The position numbers and the translations under genes are program-made. Of a DNA stretch of 64,000 nt, positions 49,560 to 60,900 are shown piece after piece (the first letter of the stretch is position 1; every line of letters begins with the position of its first letter). The notes under the pieces were generated by a model, which did no database searches, had not been told where the DNA came from, and was given only the letters and a program-made list of their open reading frames with translations. Source of the stretch: Octopus sinensis (Eukaryota); contig NC_043019.1 in assembly GCF_006345805.1 (NCBI RefSeq), forward strand, positions 30,503,360 through 30,567,359, read 5' to 3'.

Positions 49560-49665
49560 CCATATCAGCTAACTCTGATGAGTGTAAAGTTATATAATCA
49601 GTTTGTCACCTAACACTCCATTGTATTCTTTACATGAAACCATTTGGTAAGATCAGCCGTGATGG
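49560..49665 (+). ncRNA. Type I hammerhead, long-loop family copy 3
   Basis: CUGAUGA 49575-49581; stem II GUGUAAAG/CUUUACAU; GAAA 49636-49639; stem III ACC(AUUU)GGU; GUA triplet (cut after 49649); stem I 11 of 15 pairs. Confidence 0.72.
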
Positions 49666-50092
49666 ATATTTAATACTATACTTTTTCAGATGAATATATA
49701 TCTGTGTGTTTTCTGCATGGTCTAGAATATATAATTGAATGCAAATAACAAATTAGATTTGATTATAAATCTTTCATTTTTTAACTTGAGAAGGCTGCAA
49801 AGAAGCCGTATACATGCTATATATATCCTGCTTCAATTATATTGCTTTGATTTTTATGAATTGCATGCTCTGGCTTCTGTATCAGGAATCACCACTATTC
49901 ATGTGTGCGGTGTGTGTGTGTGTGTGTCAGTGTATGTATGTGTGTTTGTCAGTGTGTGTATGTGTGTATATATTTATGTGTATGTGTATATATATATGTG
50001 TGTGTATATATATATATATGCATGTGTTTATGTATGTGTGTGTGTGTGTGTATATATATATATGTATGTATATATATATATATATATATATA

Positions 50093-50488
50093 CTAGCAGT
50101 ATCGCCCGGCGTTGCTCAGGTTTGTAAGGGAAATAACTATATAAGCATTTTGAGAGAGTTATAGCCAAAAAATAGCAAAAAAATGCATTAAAAATGGAAA
50201 AAAAATTATGGTAAATTTTTTTTTAAATCGTTGACTCATCGTAGACATTTTTAGAGAGTTACTTCCCTTTTTTTAATAGCGAAAAATGCATTAAAATGGA
50301 AAAAAATGATGGTAATTTTTTTTTTAAATCGTAGACTCATCGTAGACGCGCGCTAATACTCAGAAAAGCTCGATATGAATCACGACTATAAGATACCCGG
50401 TTTTGGTTAAACTGCACCGCAAAATGTGGGAGTAGTTAGGAATCTAAATTGTAGGAGACAGACACACAACTTGACTTTTATATAAAGA
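50093..50488 (-). mobile_element. Non-autonomous Helitron (396 bp)
   Basis: Minus strand starts TCTTTATATAAAAGTCAAGTTG and ends CCTGAGCAACGCCGGGCGATACTGCTAG; A|T insertion site. Confidence 0.82.
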
Positions 50489-50698
50489 TATATATATAAA
50501 TACACACCACACACACACATATATATATATAGTGATGGCTTGTTGCCAACTTAATGTGGTAGTCCCAGGAAAGGGAGGAATGTTACTGCTATTTAGCCCC
50601 AAGAAACACCATTTCTAGTTGGCTATGCGAAACAAGCGTTTTGTGTCCTTAAGTTTTCAAACAGGGGAGATAAGTACCTCCACCCGACAAACCCAGCA

Positions 50699-50741
50699 TC
50701 CAGAGACTAGTTTCAGGGTAATTGCCCTTCATCAATCTGGA
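50699..50741 (-). ncRNA. Minimal hammerhead motif with C3U substitution
   Basis: Minus strand: UCCAGA-UUGAUGA-AGGG(CAAUUA)CCCU-GAAA-CUAG-UC-UCUGGA. Perfect 6-bp stem I, 4-bp stem II, palindromic ACUAGU stem III, GUC triplet. Confidence 0.6.
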
Positions 50742-51049
50742 GTAGCTTCGCCTTGCTAGATGTCGCTGCTAAATCTCTCTATATATAGAGAGATAGATAG
50801 ATTTAAATATGAAATACAAGCATATATGCTTCTTGTATTTGCTGGGGGCCTGCTATTGGCATGCTGAAATATATACTCACTTGGTGTTTTCAGAGAGCAT
50901 ATACTCTACCACACCAACAGAAGCCCACTGGCAAATGCACAAGACAAATACATTAAGTATTTGTGGTTAACGATATATGTATATATATATATATATATAT
51001 ATAAATATCAACTTAGATAAACTTAGATATGTTTCGACCAAAGATTGGT

Positions 51050-51700
51050 CCAGGCCATGTCTAACTTGATAGCACCACCTGATAGGATTATCTAAATCCT
51101 GTTTAAGTCAAGTTTTGTTTATGGTCCATTCGAGTAGTGAGTTCTTGTTGAGTGAGTTGTATCCAGGTATGGGTGGCTTATCCGGTATTCTTTGAAGAAA
51201 TCTGTCCAGACTCCGTTTAAAGGTGATGGGATCCTTTTCCTTTTTGATCTCTTTTGGAACAATGTTAAACAGGGCAGGGCCTATTGAGGAATATAAATTT
51301 TGTCGCAGTGTACCTATATGCTGTGATTCTGAATTGGGCAGGGGACATGTGGCCTGTGGTCTCAGTTTTGGATGAATCTTGAAACTAATGTTCAGGTCGT
51401 TTGGGCAATGCTAGCAATATATTCTCCACATCATACAAATGATGTACCGCTTGTGGCGGCGCTGGAGAGAGTAGAGTTTCAAGGCTTTAAGGCGGTCCCA
51501 ATAATCAAGATCAGTCATGCCTTCAATTCGTTTAGTGAATGCCCTCTATTATTCTTTTTCTTATGTAAAAAACTCCCAAAACAAATGGATAGTGCAAAAC
51601 ATCAATATCCTTGTTTCAATAGCATGGTTTATTTCAGATATGAGTCCATTACCTAATTTTTACATAACATTACATAATTTCACAACTGTTATCTAGCAGC
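51050..51700 (-). mobile_element. CR1-type LINE 3' remnant
   Basis: Minus-strand fragments IEGMTDLDYWDRLKALKLYSLQRRHKRYII and GPALFNIVPKEIKKEKDPITFKRSLDRFLQRIPDKPPIPGYNSLNKNSLLEW match the post-RT C-terminus of CR1-type ORF2. Confidence 0.75.
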
Positions 51701-52602
51701 CATTTCATCAGGTGATATTCTGTTGAATATACTCTCTATATATATATGTGCAGTGCTTAGTAGTGCTATTATGCTGAGGATTCTATACATAATGTGCTAT
51801 GCCTGGTAGTGCTATTTCCCATATGCTGTAAAAGTGTAAGTCTTGGAGTTTCGATTATGTATTCTGTTGAAACGTTTTTTATCTTTCTTAAAGAACTATT
51901 ATTAGTATATGGATTGATTCTGTTTTTGTTGTTGTTGTTGTTATTATTAAGGCAGTGAGCTGGCAGAAACGTTAGCACGCCGGGCGAAATGCTTAGCGGT
52001 ATTTCGTCTGTTATTACGTTCTGAGTTCAAGTTCCACTGAGGTTAACTTTGCCTTTCATCCTTTTGGGATCGATAAATTAAGTACCAGTTACGCACTGGA
52101 GTCGATGTAATCGACTTAATCCCTTTGTCTGTCCTTGTTTGTCCCCTCTATGTTTAGCCCCTTGTGGGTAGTAAATAAATAAGAATTGTTAGCAAACTGG
52201 ACAAAATGCTTAGCGTTCTGAGTTCAAATTTCACTGAGGTTGACTTTGCTTTTCATCCTTTTGGGGTTGATAAAATAAGTACCAGTTAAACACTGGGGGT
52301 TAATGTAATTGACTCATCCCCACCTCCCCCAAGCTGCCTTTGTGGCAAAAATTTGAAAAAATAATAATTATTATTATTAAGGTGATGAGCTGGCAGAATC
52401 ATTAGCATGCCAGGCAAAATGCTTAGCGGTATTTTGTCTGTCACTACGTTCTGAGTTCAAATTCCACCAAGGTCAACTTTGCATTTCATCCTTTTGGAGT
52501 CAATAAATTAAGTACCAGCTGAGTACTGGGGTCAATGTAATTGACTAGTCTCCTCTCTCGAAATTTCAGGCCTTGTGTCTTTAATAGAAAGGATTGTTAT
52601 TA

Positions 52603-52656
<54 letters not shown>

Positions 52657-52689
52657 GATAAACTGTTACCTATTTTCAATATTTTGTAG

Positions 52690-52851
52690 GATTTAACTGA
52701 CCTACCATTTGACGAAGAATCCGTTCCATCATCACCAACATCACTACCATCAACATCAGAAGCATTTTGTGAAGACTTATTGGAGAGAATTTCATCTATA
52801 GAATCTGGATCAGGAAGTCCATTAGAATCATTGAAACAACGAGACAGCTGA
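52690..52851 (+). CDS. LMTK: Probable alternative last coding exon (DLTDLPFDEESVPSSPTSLPSTSEAFCEDLLERISSIESGSGSPLESLKQRDS*)
   Basis: ATTTTGTAG acceptor. Only phase 0 is open, matching the phase-0 donor at 42274. Acidic Ser/Pro composition resembles the tail. Donor TAG|GTGAGG at 52861, 9 nt after the stop. Confidence 0.62.
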   Translation, partial: DLTDLPFDEESVPSSPTSLPSTSEAFCEDLLERISSIESGSGSPLESLKQRDS

Positions 52852-53603
52852 CATTTTTAGGTGAGGAAGGATCCCTTTGCAAACTGTGGAAGAAGGATTG
52901 CTTAAATCATCATCATCTTCATTATCATCATTTTTCCATTATTTGAAATATATAATTATAGGTGAAGGCACATGGATGGGTGAGTGGTTAGGGTGTTGCG
53001 CTCATGATCACAAGATCGCAGTTTCAATTCTCCGACTTGTTGTACATTGTGTTCTTGAGCAAAGCACTTCATTTCACGTTGCTCCAGTCTACTTGACTGT
53101 GAATGAATAACCCTGCAATGGACTGGTGTGCCATCCAGGAGGAATGTTGGCCTGCCTGTCTAGTCAGTGGGATGGCATCTAAAACAATAGTAAAGCAATG
53201 AAAGGAAGTGCATTGTGACAAGCGGTGTATAACAACATCCAGTCATCTGGTTGATACAGTGATACAATTATAGAATCCCATATGAATATCTTATCATATG
53301 GATTATGTTATATCCATGATATATAGTTGTTTAACTTCACACACACACACACACACGTGCGTGCGTGTACATGCATGCACACACAGTTGAGTGAATAATC
53401 TAGTAAGATCCCAGTAGTGATTGAAACCAAAAGGAGCTAAGAAAAAATAACTCAAAAAGCCAACAACAACAACAACAACATCGAAAAATACCTTAGGAAT
53501 GAGAACCCAGGTTTGAAATTTCCCCAAGACACCTGAATATGGCTGGAAACGTGTTAACAACAAACAAAATGAGAACAAATATCTGTCGATTGTAACTAAT
53601 AGG

Positions 53604-54006
53604 CACAGGAGTGGCTGTGTGGTAAGTAGCTTGTTTACCAACCACATCGTCCCGGGTTCAGTCCCACTGCGTGGCACCTTGGGCAAGTGTCTTCTACTAT
53701 AGCCTCGGGCCGACCAAAGCCTTGTGAGTGGATTTGGTAGACGGAAACTGAAAGAAGCCCGTCGTATATATGTATATATATGCGTGTGTGTGTGTGTGTC
53801 TGTGTTTGTCCCCCTAGCATTGCATGACAACCGATGCTGGTGTGTTTATGTCCCCGTTACCTAGTGGTTCGGCAAAAGAGACCGATAGAATAAGTACTGG
53901 GCTTACAAAAAGAATAAGTCCCGGGGTTGAGTTGCTTGATTAAAGGCGGTGCTCCAGCATGGCCGCAGTCAAATGACTGAAACAAGTAAAAGAGTAAAGA
54001 GTAAAG
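53604..54006 (+). mobile_element. tRNA-derived SINE family B (GGAGTGGCTGTGTGGTAAG head, internal microsatellite, (AAGAGTA)n tail)
   Basis: A/B-box-like head GTGGTAAG...GGTTCAGTCCC. Copies include 2985-3362 (-), 19030-19428 (-), 22288-22703 (-), 25081-25498 (+), 35913-36462 (+) and 39682-40056 (-), plus many partials. This family explains the recurrent MLGGQTQTH / [12 protein letters not shown] ORFs. Confidence 0.88.
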
Positions 54007-54070
54007 AGAATGTAAATAATGTGAATTTCTCATGTTTCACCATGTTTTACTAATCCTGTTATATTTTCAG

Positions 54071-55165
54071 ATATATTCTGAAGTATCAATGGAATGTGAT
54101 CCTCTGTTTTTACTATTGTCCACAAGCTGAAGGTGTGTTAATATTCTTGGAAACAGCAACAACAGCATCTTAGCATCCAGCATCCAGCATCCGGCATACA
54201 ATCACCAGTCATCTTCATCAAATTGTATTTAGTTCCATCCATTTAAAATGAAATAATAAATTATTTCATTCAGATTCATCTCGTCCTGCAAAACAAAAAG
54301 AAAAAGAAAAAAGAAAGAAACCCCCAAAAACAGACATTTGTTTTGAATATCTTTTGTTAAACTAACCATGTCCGAATTAGGGGTATTACAAATCAGGTTG
54401 CCCCCCACCCAACGTCTAACAAACATATTCTGCCAAAATTTGGTAGCTAATAATCAAGATCTCTCCACTTTAGTTGTATCTGATTTATATTAATTTTTTA
54501 TATTTCATCATCTCTCTCCCCACCTTCCCTTCCTTGTTCCCTCTCTTTCTTCCTCCAAAGTTGTATATTATTTTTTTTTGTTTTGTTTTCCTTATTCTTT
54601 CCCCTTTTTACTTCTTCTGCCAAAGTTGTACATTATTTTCATTTAAAAAATTTTTTTCTTTTCCCCCTTCTTATTCTCTTCATCTCCTCCTTCTTTATTC
54701 TTCCCTCTCTCCCTCTCCTTCATTTCTTTCTTTCTCTCATCCCCTTCTTTCTGCCCCCCCCCCCGTTTCCTCCTCTTCCTTATGCTTTCATTGCCTCTCC
54801 TCTTCCTTCTCCTCCAAAGTTGTACATTAATTTTTGGCCCTCTTTTCTTTCTCTTCTCCTTCCTTTCCTCCAGAGTTCTGTCTTTTAACCCTTCCCTTCC
54901 TCTTATTCCTCTTCTCCCTCCCCTCTTTATTATCCCCTCTTACTATTCCTCCCCTCCCTCTCCTTTTTATTATCCCTCTTACCATCCCCCCCCCCAAGAG
55001 TTGTACATGATTTTTGTGTTATTTAAAAAATAAAAAGAACTGTTTTACTTGGACAGCATATTGTTGCAAATGAAAATTAATTGAAATATTAATTAACTTA
55101 TTAAAATATATCTTTATTGATTTTTTTTAATGAATTTGAAGAATGGAAAATTTAAATAAAATACA
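54071..55165 (+). other. Candidate terminal non-coding (3' UTR) exon of the LMTK gene
   Basis: ATATTTTCAG acceptor at 54061-54070 follows the donor at 52861; unique non-repeat sequence with AATAAA near 55027 and 55155. The end point is a guess. Confidence 0.3.
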
Positions 55166-55329
55166 CAATATTGATATTTATAGTTCTTGAAGACATCTGT
55201 CGCCTGATAAGATTTTTATCTAGAATCCTCACTCAAAGGCTTACAGTTGTTTTCTTATGTTCTGACAGGAACAAATTTTGATTTTCAGATGAACTTTTAG
55301 AAATTATAAGTTAAATCGCATTGAAAGTT

Positions 55330-55560
55330 ATACCAACTCCTGAATAGGACATTACTGCACGGTGCTAAATGTCCTGAACACCCAGTTTAGAGTAAGGACC
55401 AGGTACTGCAATAACTTGGGTTTTGAGGGTCCATAGCTGTTTAATATTTTGCCAAAAAATTCAAGGGATCAGCATGGTGTTATGGTCTACTCTAATTCCA
55501 TGCAGATCCCATGAGTTTCCCTTGTGTTCAAGTAGAACTTTGACCTTCTGTCCAAGATTC
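55330..55560 (+). mobile_element. Highly decayed CR1-type LINE fragment
   Basis: Reads ...GFEGP*LFNILPKNSRDQHGV..., similar to the GPxLFN motif of the 51 kb remnant. Confidence 0.45.
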
Positions 55561-55902
55561 CAGGTGAGTCTATATTATGTCAAGAAACCCAAATGAGGGC
55601 AGCATTATCATTAAAAGGCCACATTCATCAAAAGCCAACAACTTAAGAATGGCCATTGAAAAGATGATGAAAACAGCCTTTGGGTTGGAACATGGAAAGG
55701 AAAAGAAAGAAGTGTGTTTTAACATTGATTGCTTGTGCAGGTTGAAAAATTGTCATGTGCTGCAGATATAGATGAAGGGCATACTGTGGATGAAGGACAC
55801 TGTTCTGGTGCAGGGTACTGGAAATAGAGGTACTATATTGTTAACAGGGAGCACTGTGCTATCGATGACAGGTCCTGTTCTGCAGGTGGGGAGTGTCTAG
55901 GG

Positions 55903-56121
55903 CAGTGCTTTTCAAACTTTTTGCTGGAGCGGAACCCCAAGGAAACATTCCACTGGCTCGAGGAACCCCTGTGCGATAATTTAATAGTCTTATGCACACA
56001 TATCTGCACAGGAGACTTAAAAATTACTGCCAATTTTAGCAGTTTTATAACTTCTTGCCGAACCCCTGCACTGTACTGGCGGAACCCTAAGGTTCTGCAG
56101 AACCCTGGTTGAAAACCACTG
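55903..56121. mobile_element. hAT-type MITE (second family)
   Basis: CAGTGCTTTTCAA...TTGAAAACCACTG with perfect 8-bp TSD GTCTAGGG. Confidence 0.88.
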
Positions 56122-57355
56122 GTCTAGGGGCTAAGTTACTACAGGTGGAAAATGTTGTGTTGTGGATGAAGTGTTCTTAGCTGTGGGCGGTGAGAGCTGT
56201 TAGTGGAAAGCTCTGTAGGTGAGGTGAACTGTAAGTAGAAAGCACTTTGTTGTAGTATGTGGAGGTTACCATACTGTAGGTGGAAAGCACTGCATTCTTC
56301 AAGACTGTTTTTTCTGGTATTTCTATCTGCATTCACAAGAATGAGTTGAGTTGGGTCCATCCAGCTAACCTGTCTGCTACTTACTTACCTGTTTGATAAT
56401 ACTTACTTTTTCATCACATCTGTGTGTGTGTATATATATGTGTGTGTGTATAATATATGTATGATGGAACAGTAAGTAGCAGCAGATGGGTTGGTAGGTA
56501 TGCATGCATGCCTGTTGATCAGATTGCCTTTCTGCCAGAAGAAAATGTCAAAAAAATCTTAATCCAATAACACTCAACCATTGAACTAATTCTTCTGATT
56601 CAATCACATTCACTTCTTAATGAAAACCCCAACACACACAAGATTGTTAATGCAACCCACACACCTATATCGTTATGGTAACTCCACATAACTGTATTAT
56701 TCATATAACTCCTGAAACTATATCATCATCATTTAATGTCAGTTGTCCATGCTGGTGTGGATTGGATGGCTTGACCAGAGCTGGAGAGCTGCACCAGACT
56801 CCAGTCTGATTTGGCATGGTTTCTATAGCTGGATGCCCTTCCTAATGCCAACCACTTTACAGAGTGTGCTGAGAGCTTTTACATGGTACTGCACAGGCAC
56901 TTTTATGTTCTTCCACATGGGTGCTTTTACACGATACCACACAGGTGCTTTCACGTGCCATCACACAGGCACTTTTATGTGGCACTGCATGGGCGCTTTT
57001 ATGTCATGAGTGCTTTTCACCACCAGAGGCATTTCTCTTAACACTTCTACTGCAGAGATAATCCATTCATCGTCGTCATTGTTGTTGTTTAAATCCGCTT
57101 TCCATGCTGGCATAAGTTGGATAGTTTGACTGAGGATTTGTGAGCCAGAAGGCTGCACCAGGCTCCAATCTGATCTGGCAAAGTTTCTGCAGCTGGATGC
57201 CGTTTCTAATGCCAACCACTCCAAAAGTGTAGTGAGTGCTTTTACATGCCACCGGCACAAGCGCCAGTCAGGCAATACTGGCAACGACCACGCTCAAAAG
57301 GTGTTTTTTACATGCCACCTGCTCATCTATAATGTTCAGGTAATCCCATAATCTA

Positions 57356-57912
57356 TTGGGTTGTCCGGAAAGTTCATGCCGATTTATAGTAGCTTACATT
57401 TCGACTTACTTTAGAACATGGTTGAGTTCATAAAATAGGATTTGACTACACCTCCATTTAGAGCACAGTTTAAGCTATCGTTTCGTGGAAGAAAATTTAT
57501 GTTCCTTTAACCTGTGTTAATTCTGTAATCCTTTAAAATGAAAGATCATTTTCGGCACTTGATGCTTTGGGAACCAGACAAAAATTGCTGCAGCTCGGCT
57601 GGGATGTGTTACCCCACCCTCCATATTCACCAGATATTGCTCCTTCAGATTTCCAGTTATTCAGGTCTCTGCAGAATAGTCTTAATGGTAAAAATTTCAA
57701 TTCCTTGGATGATGAAAAAGATACCTCAATGAATTCTTTTGCCATGAAACCACCTCACTTCTGAGAAGAGGGTATTTTCAAGTTAAAGGAAAGATGGAGA
57801 TGCATTGTGCAACAAAATGGTTCATATTTGGTTGATTAAAAATGTAATGGCAAGTATTTATTGACCTTTTTCTTTCCTTTAAAAATCGGCACGAACTTTC
57901 CGGACAACCCAA
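57356..57912 (+). mobile_element. Internally deleted mariner transposon (557 bp)
   Basis: 30-bp TIRs (TTGGGTTGTCCGGAAAGTTCATGCCGATTT, one mismatch), flanking TA at both ends, and a frameshifted transposase C-terminus LLQLGWDVLPHPPYSPDIAPSDFQLFRSLQNSL. Confidence 0.92.
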
Positions 57913-60900
57913 TATATTATTCAGATCACTCATTTACATTCTTCACTTAACCCAAAAACTAATCTCAGAAGATGAGTGGGGTTAGAGATTTAAGATGAAT
58001 GCATTCAGCATTTGAGTGTCATGTGATATCTCTTGACTGGTATCTATTTACATTCTGTCACATGTACCACTGGTAGTTCATCATAAACTTCACACAATTG
58101 CCATATGCTTCACAAGTGGTACAGTTTCATAATTTGAGAAAAGTGAATTGATCTGAGATTGTGTGCTGAAACGAAAACAATTGCAGTGTGGAAGGTGTTT
58201 GTAAACCATTTAAGAAACACACAAAAGCCGTTCGATTCACTTCAACATTTAAGTTTAATTTGTCAAAATATTTTCGTCGCTTTAAGACCACGACCTGTTC
58301 ACTGACAAAAATCCGTGAAGGATATTTATCCCTTTCGTTACCAACCTGGCTGAAACCGCTTCTGGCTCTATAGTACAAATGTCTTGTTTTCTTAAGTTTT
58401 GAATTAAAATCTTCATTCAAACCTTAGTCACAGTTTACGCTCCCTAACACTAGCTGAATGATAACTAAGTTATTTTACTAAATTCTTTGTTATATTTAAA
58501 GTAATTGAAAGAAACGCAGAGGATCTCAAAATAAATACAGTAACGAAAGGGTTAAATGATATGATTGCTAAATGTTAAAGTTTAATTATGAAATATTGTA
58601 AAAATTCAAAAAAAAAATCATATTTCCTTGTAATTAAACAGTATGCAGGGTGATTGAAAATATGTGGCATCACTAGTAAGTTCCAGTACCAGGCCATGGT
58701 GAAGTTAAGACCCTCTTCGGTCATGCATGACCATGCACCAAGAAAGTTCCCTCCAAGGCAGAGTTGTTTATGAAAGATCAGCAGTCTCTCATGCATACCA
58801 GCCTACCCATTCCATATCACTGATGTTATCCAAGAGAAAGGCAAAGGCCAATACAATTTGGCACCAGTGATGTTATAACTCATTTCTACAGCACAGCCCG
58901 GTCCTAGAATCAAACTCACTACCTCATGATTGTGAGTCTGATGCTCTAACCACTGAGCCATGCACCTTCACAGGTCATGGTAGATTAAGATATTAAACAA
59001 CAGCAACAAAAACAAATACATCATCCAGGTGCTCAAGAATGAAGGGAACAACGTCCTATGGTTTGATAGTGAACTCTTCAAGAAGTATTCACTTTGCAAC
59101 AGCCTTCCAAGCTTGCTCAGAACTGTATACAAGCATACCTCAGCAAAAATTGAAACACTCGTCATTGTCACCATCATATTATCAGTTCTTGTGTGTGAGT
59201 GTGTGTTACTGTTTCCTTGACATCATGTGATAGCTGTAACATGTAATATTACCTTGCTTGGAAACAAGTGAGGATTGGTAACAGGAAGAGCATTCAGCTG
59301 TAGAAAATCTGCTGCAACAACTGCTAACCTATGTAAGCATAGCAAAGTGGACATCAAATGATGATGTTGGTATTGAGCTGGCAGAAACGTTAGCACGCCT
59401 GGCGAAATGCTTAGCGGTATTTTGTCTGCTGTTATGTTCTGAGTTCAAATTCCGCCGAGGTCGACTTTGCCTTTCATCATTTCGGAGTCGATAAATTAAG
59501 TACCAGTTACACACTGGGGTCGATGTAATCGACTTAATCCGTTTCTCTGTTCTTGTTTGTCTTCTCTAGGTTTAGCCCTTTGTGGGTAATAAAGAAATAG
59601 GTATTAACATTAGTTGGTTCGTTAGAAAATGCCTAAGTAACAGTTTTTAAAAATCTACAGTTTCCAAGCCAAACAAGGCATTTAGTAAGCTTGTACTTTA
59701 CATGTGCAATCTATAAGGCCCTAAGCACTTAAATCATGTTGGTGCTCCCATATATATGTAATTCATATAGGCGGCGAGCTGGCAGAAACGTTAGCATGCC
59801 GGGCGAAATGCGTAGCCGTATTTCGTCTGCCGTTACGTTCTGAGTTCAAATTCCGCCGAGGTCGACTTTGCCTTTCATCCTTTTGGGGTCGATTAAACAA
59901 GTACCAGTTATGCATTGGGGTCGATGTAATCGACTTAATCCGTTTGTTTGTCCCCTCTGTGTTTAGCCCCTTGTGGGTAGTAAAGAAATATATATATGTA
60001 ATTCAAAATATAAACCATAAAACAAAACTTATTTTTCAAAATGAAACAAAACTAACAGTAAGATGGAAAATAATGCTTATTTTTGTACATTTACTTATAT
60101 TTGGAAAGTTTTCTTCTACATTTTTTTAATTGCAGTCTTTGATCAGATCCTCCTATGACACCATGAACACTTGGAAATTATTTTTCTGATCATATAAACC
60201 ACTTCAAATATTATTTTAGCAAGTTTAAAGTGATTTCTTTTGTGCTGTAACCCATTAACCACTTCTGTGGTGCCCTACTTCCATTGGTATCCCAAGCATT
60301 TGCTTATTTTGCTTAATGGTTAATCCAGTGCTGACACACAAACACACATTGAGAATGGGCTTAGCTTCAAACATAAGTAGTCTTGTTTCCCTTGACTGCG
60401 CAAATACAAACTTCACCAAGTTTGTGAACTTTACTGAAAGAGCTTTGTTGATACAAACCACCACTAATTAACTCCTTTGTGTCTCATTTTCTTTTTACTG
60501 TCCATACACACTGATGTGTTCTAACCCAGCGACAACACTTGTTCCTTTCCAGTCTTGACTGATCTTTCAGTAGATTTGAAACCAGATCAGCAAATTACCA
60601 AATAAAAGCTTCAGCTTAGTAACATCCATTTCATGTGATTGGCTGAATAACTGACCAATCAGCATTGAGACATCACATGCGGCAACTTTCTAGAACAGCG
60701 TTTTTCAAACTTTTTTGTACCAACCCATTTTATTTTATCTTGCAACGTACTGAAGGGTTAGGACCCACAGTTTGAAAAACACCGAATATTCTGCACTTTG
60801 CACCCACTTGTGTCTTTTTCTTCCCTTCTTTTTTGTTGTGACCCATTTTATTTATCTTGTGACCTAGTTTTAAAATGCTATTCTAGAATGTCTCCTAACA

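Noticed and set aside
51022-51058. Minus-strand GACCAA-UCU-UUGGUC-GAAAC hairpin
   Set aside because: No CUGANGA box; more likely the 3'-terminal stem-loop of the adjacent CR1 remnant.
53528-53555. GACAC-CUGAAUA...GAAAC-GUGUU hammerhead-like relic
   Set aside because: G8 is mutated and stem II is essentially deleted.
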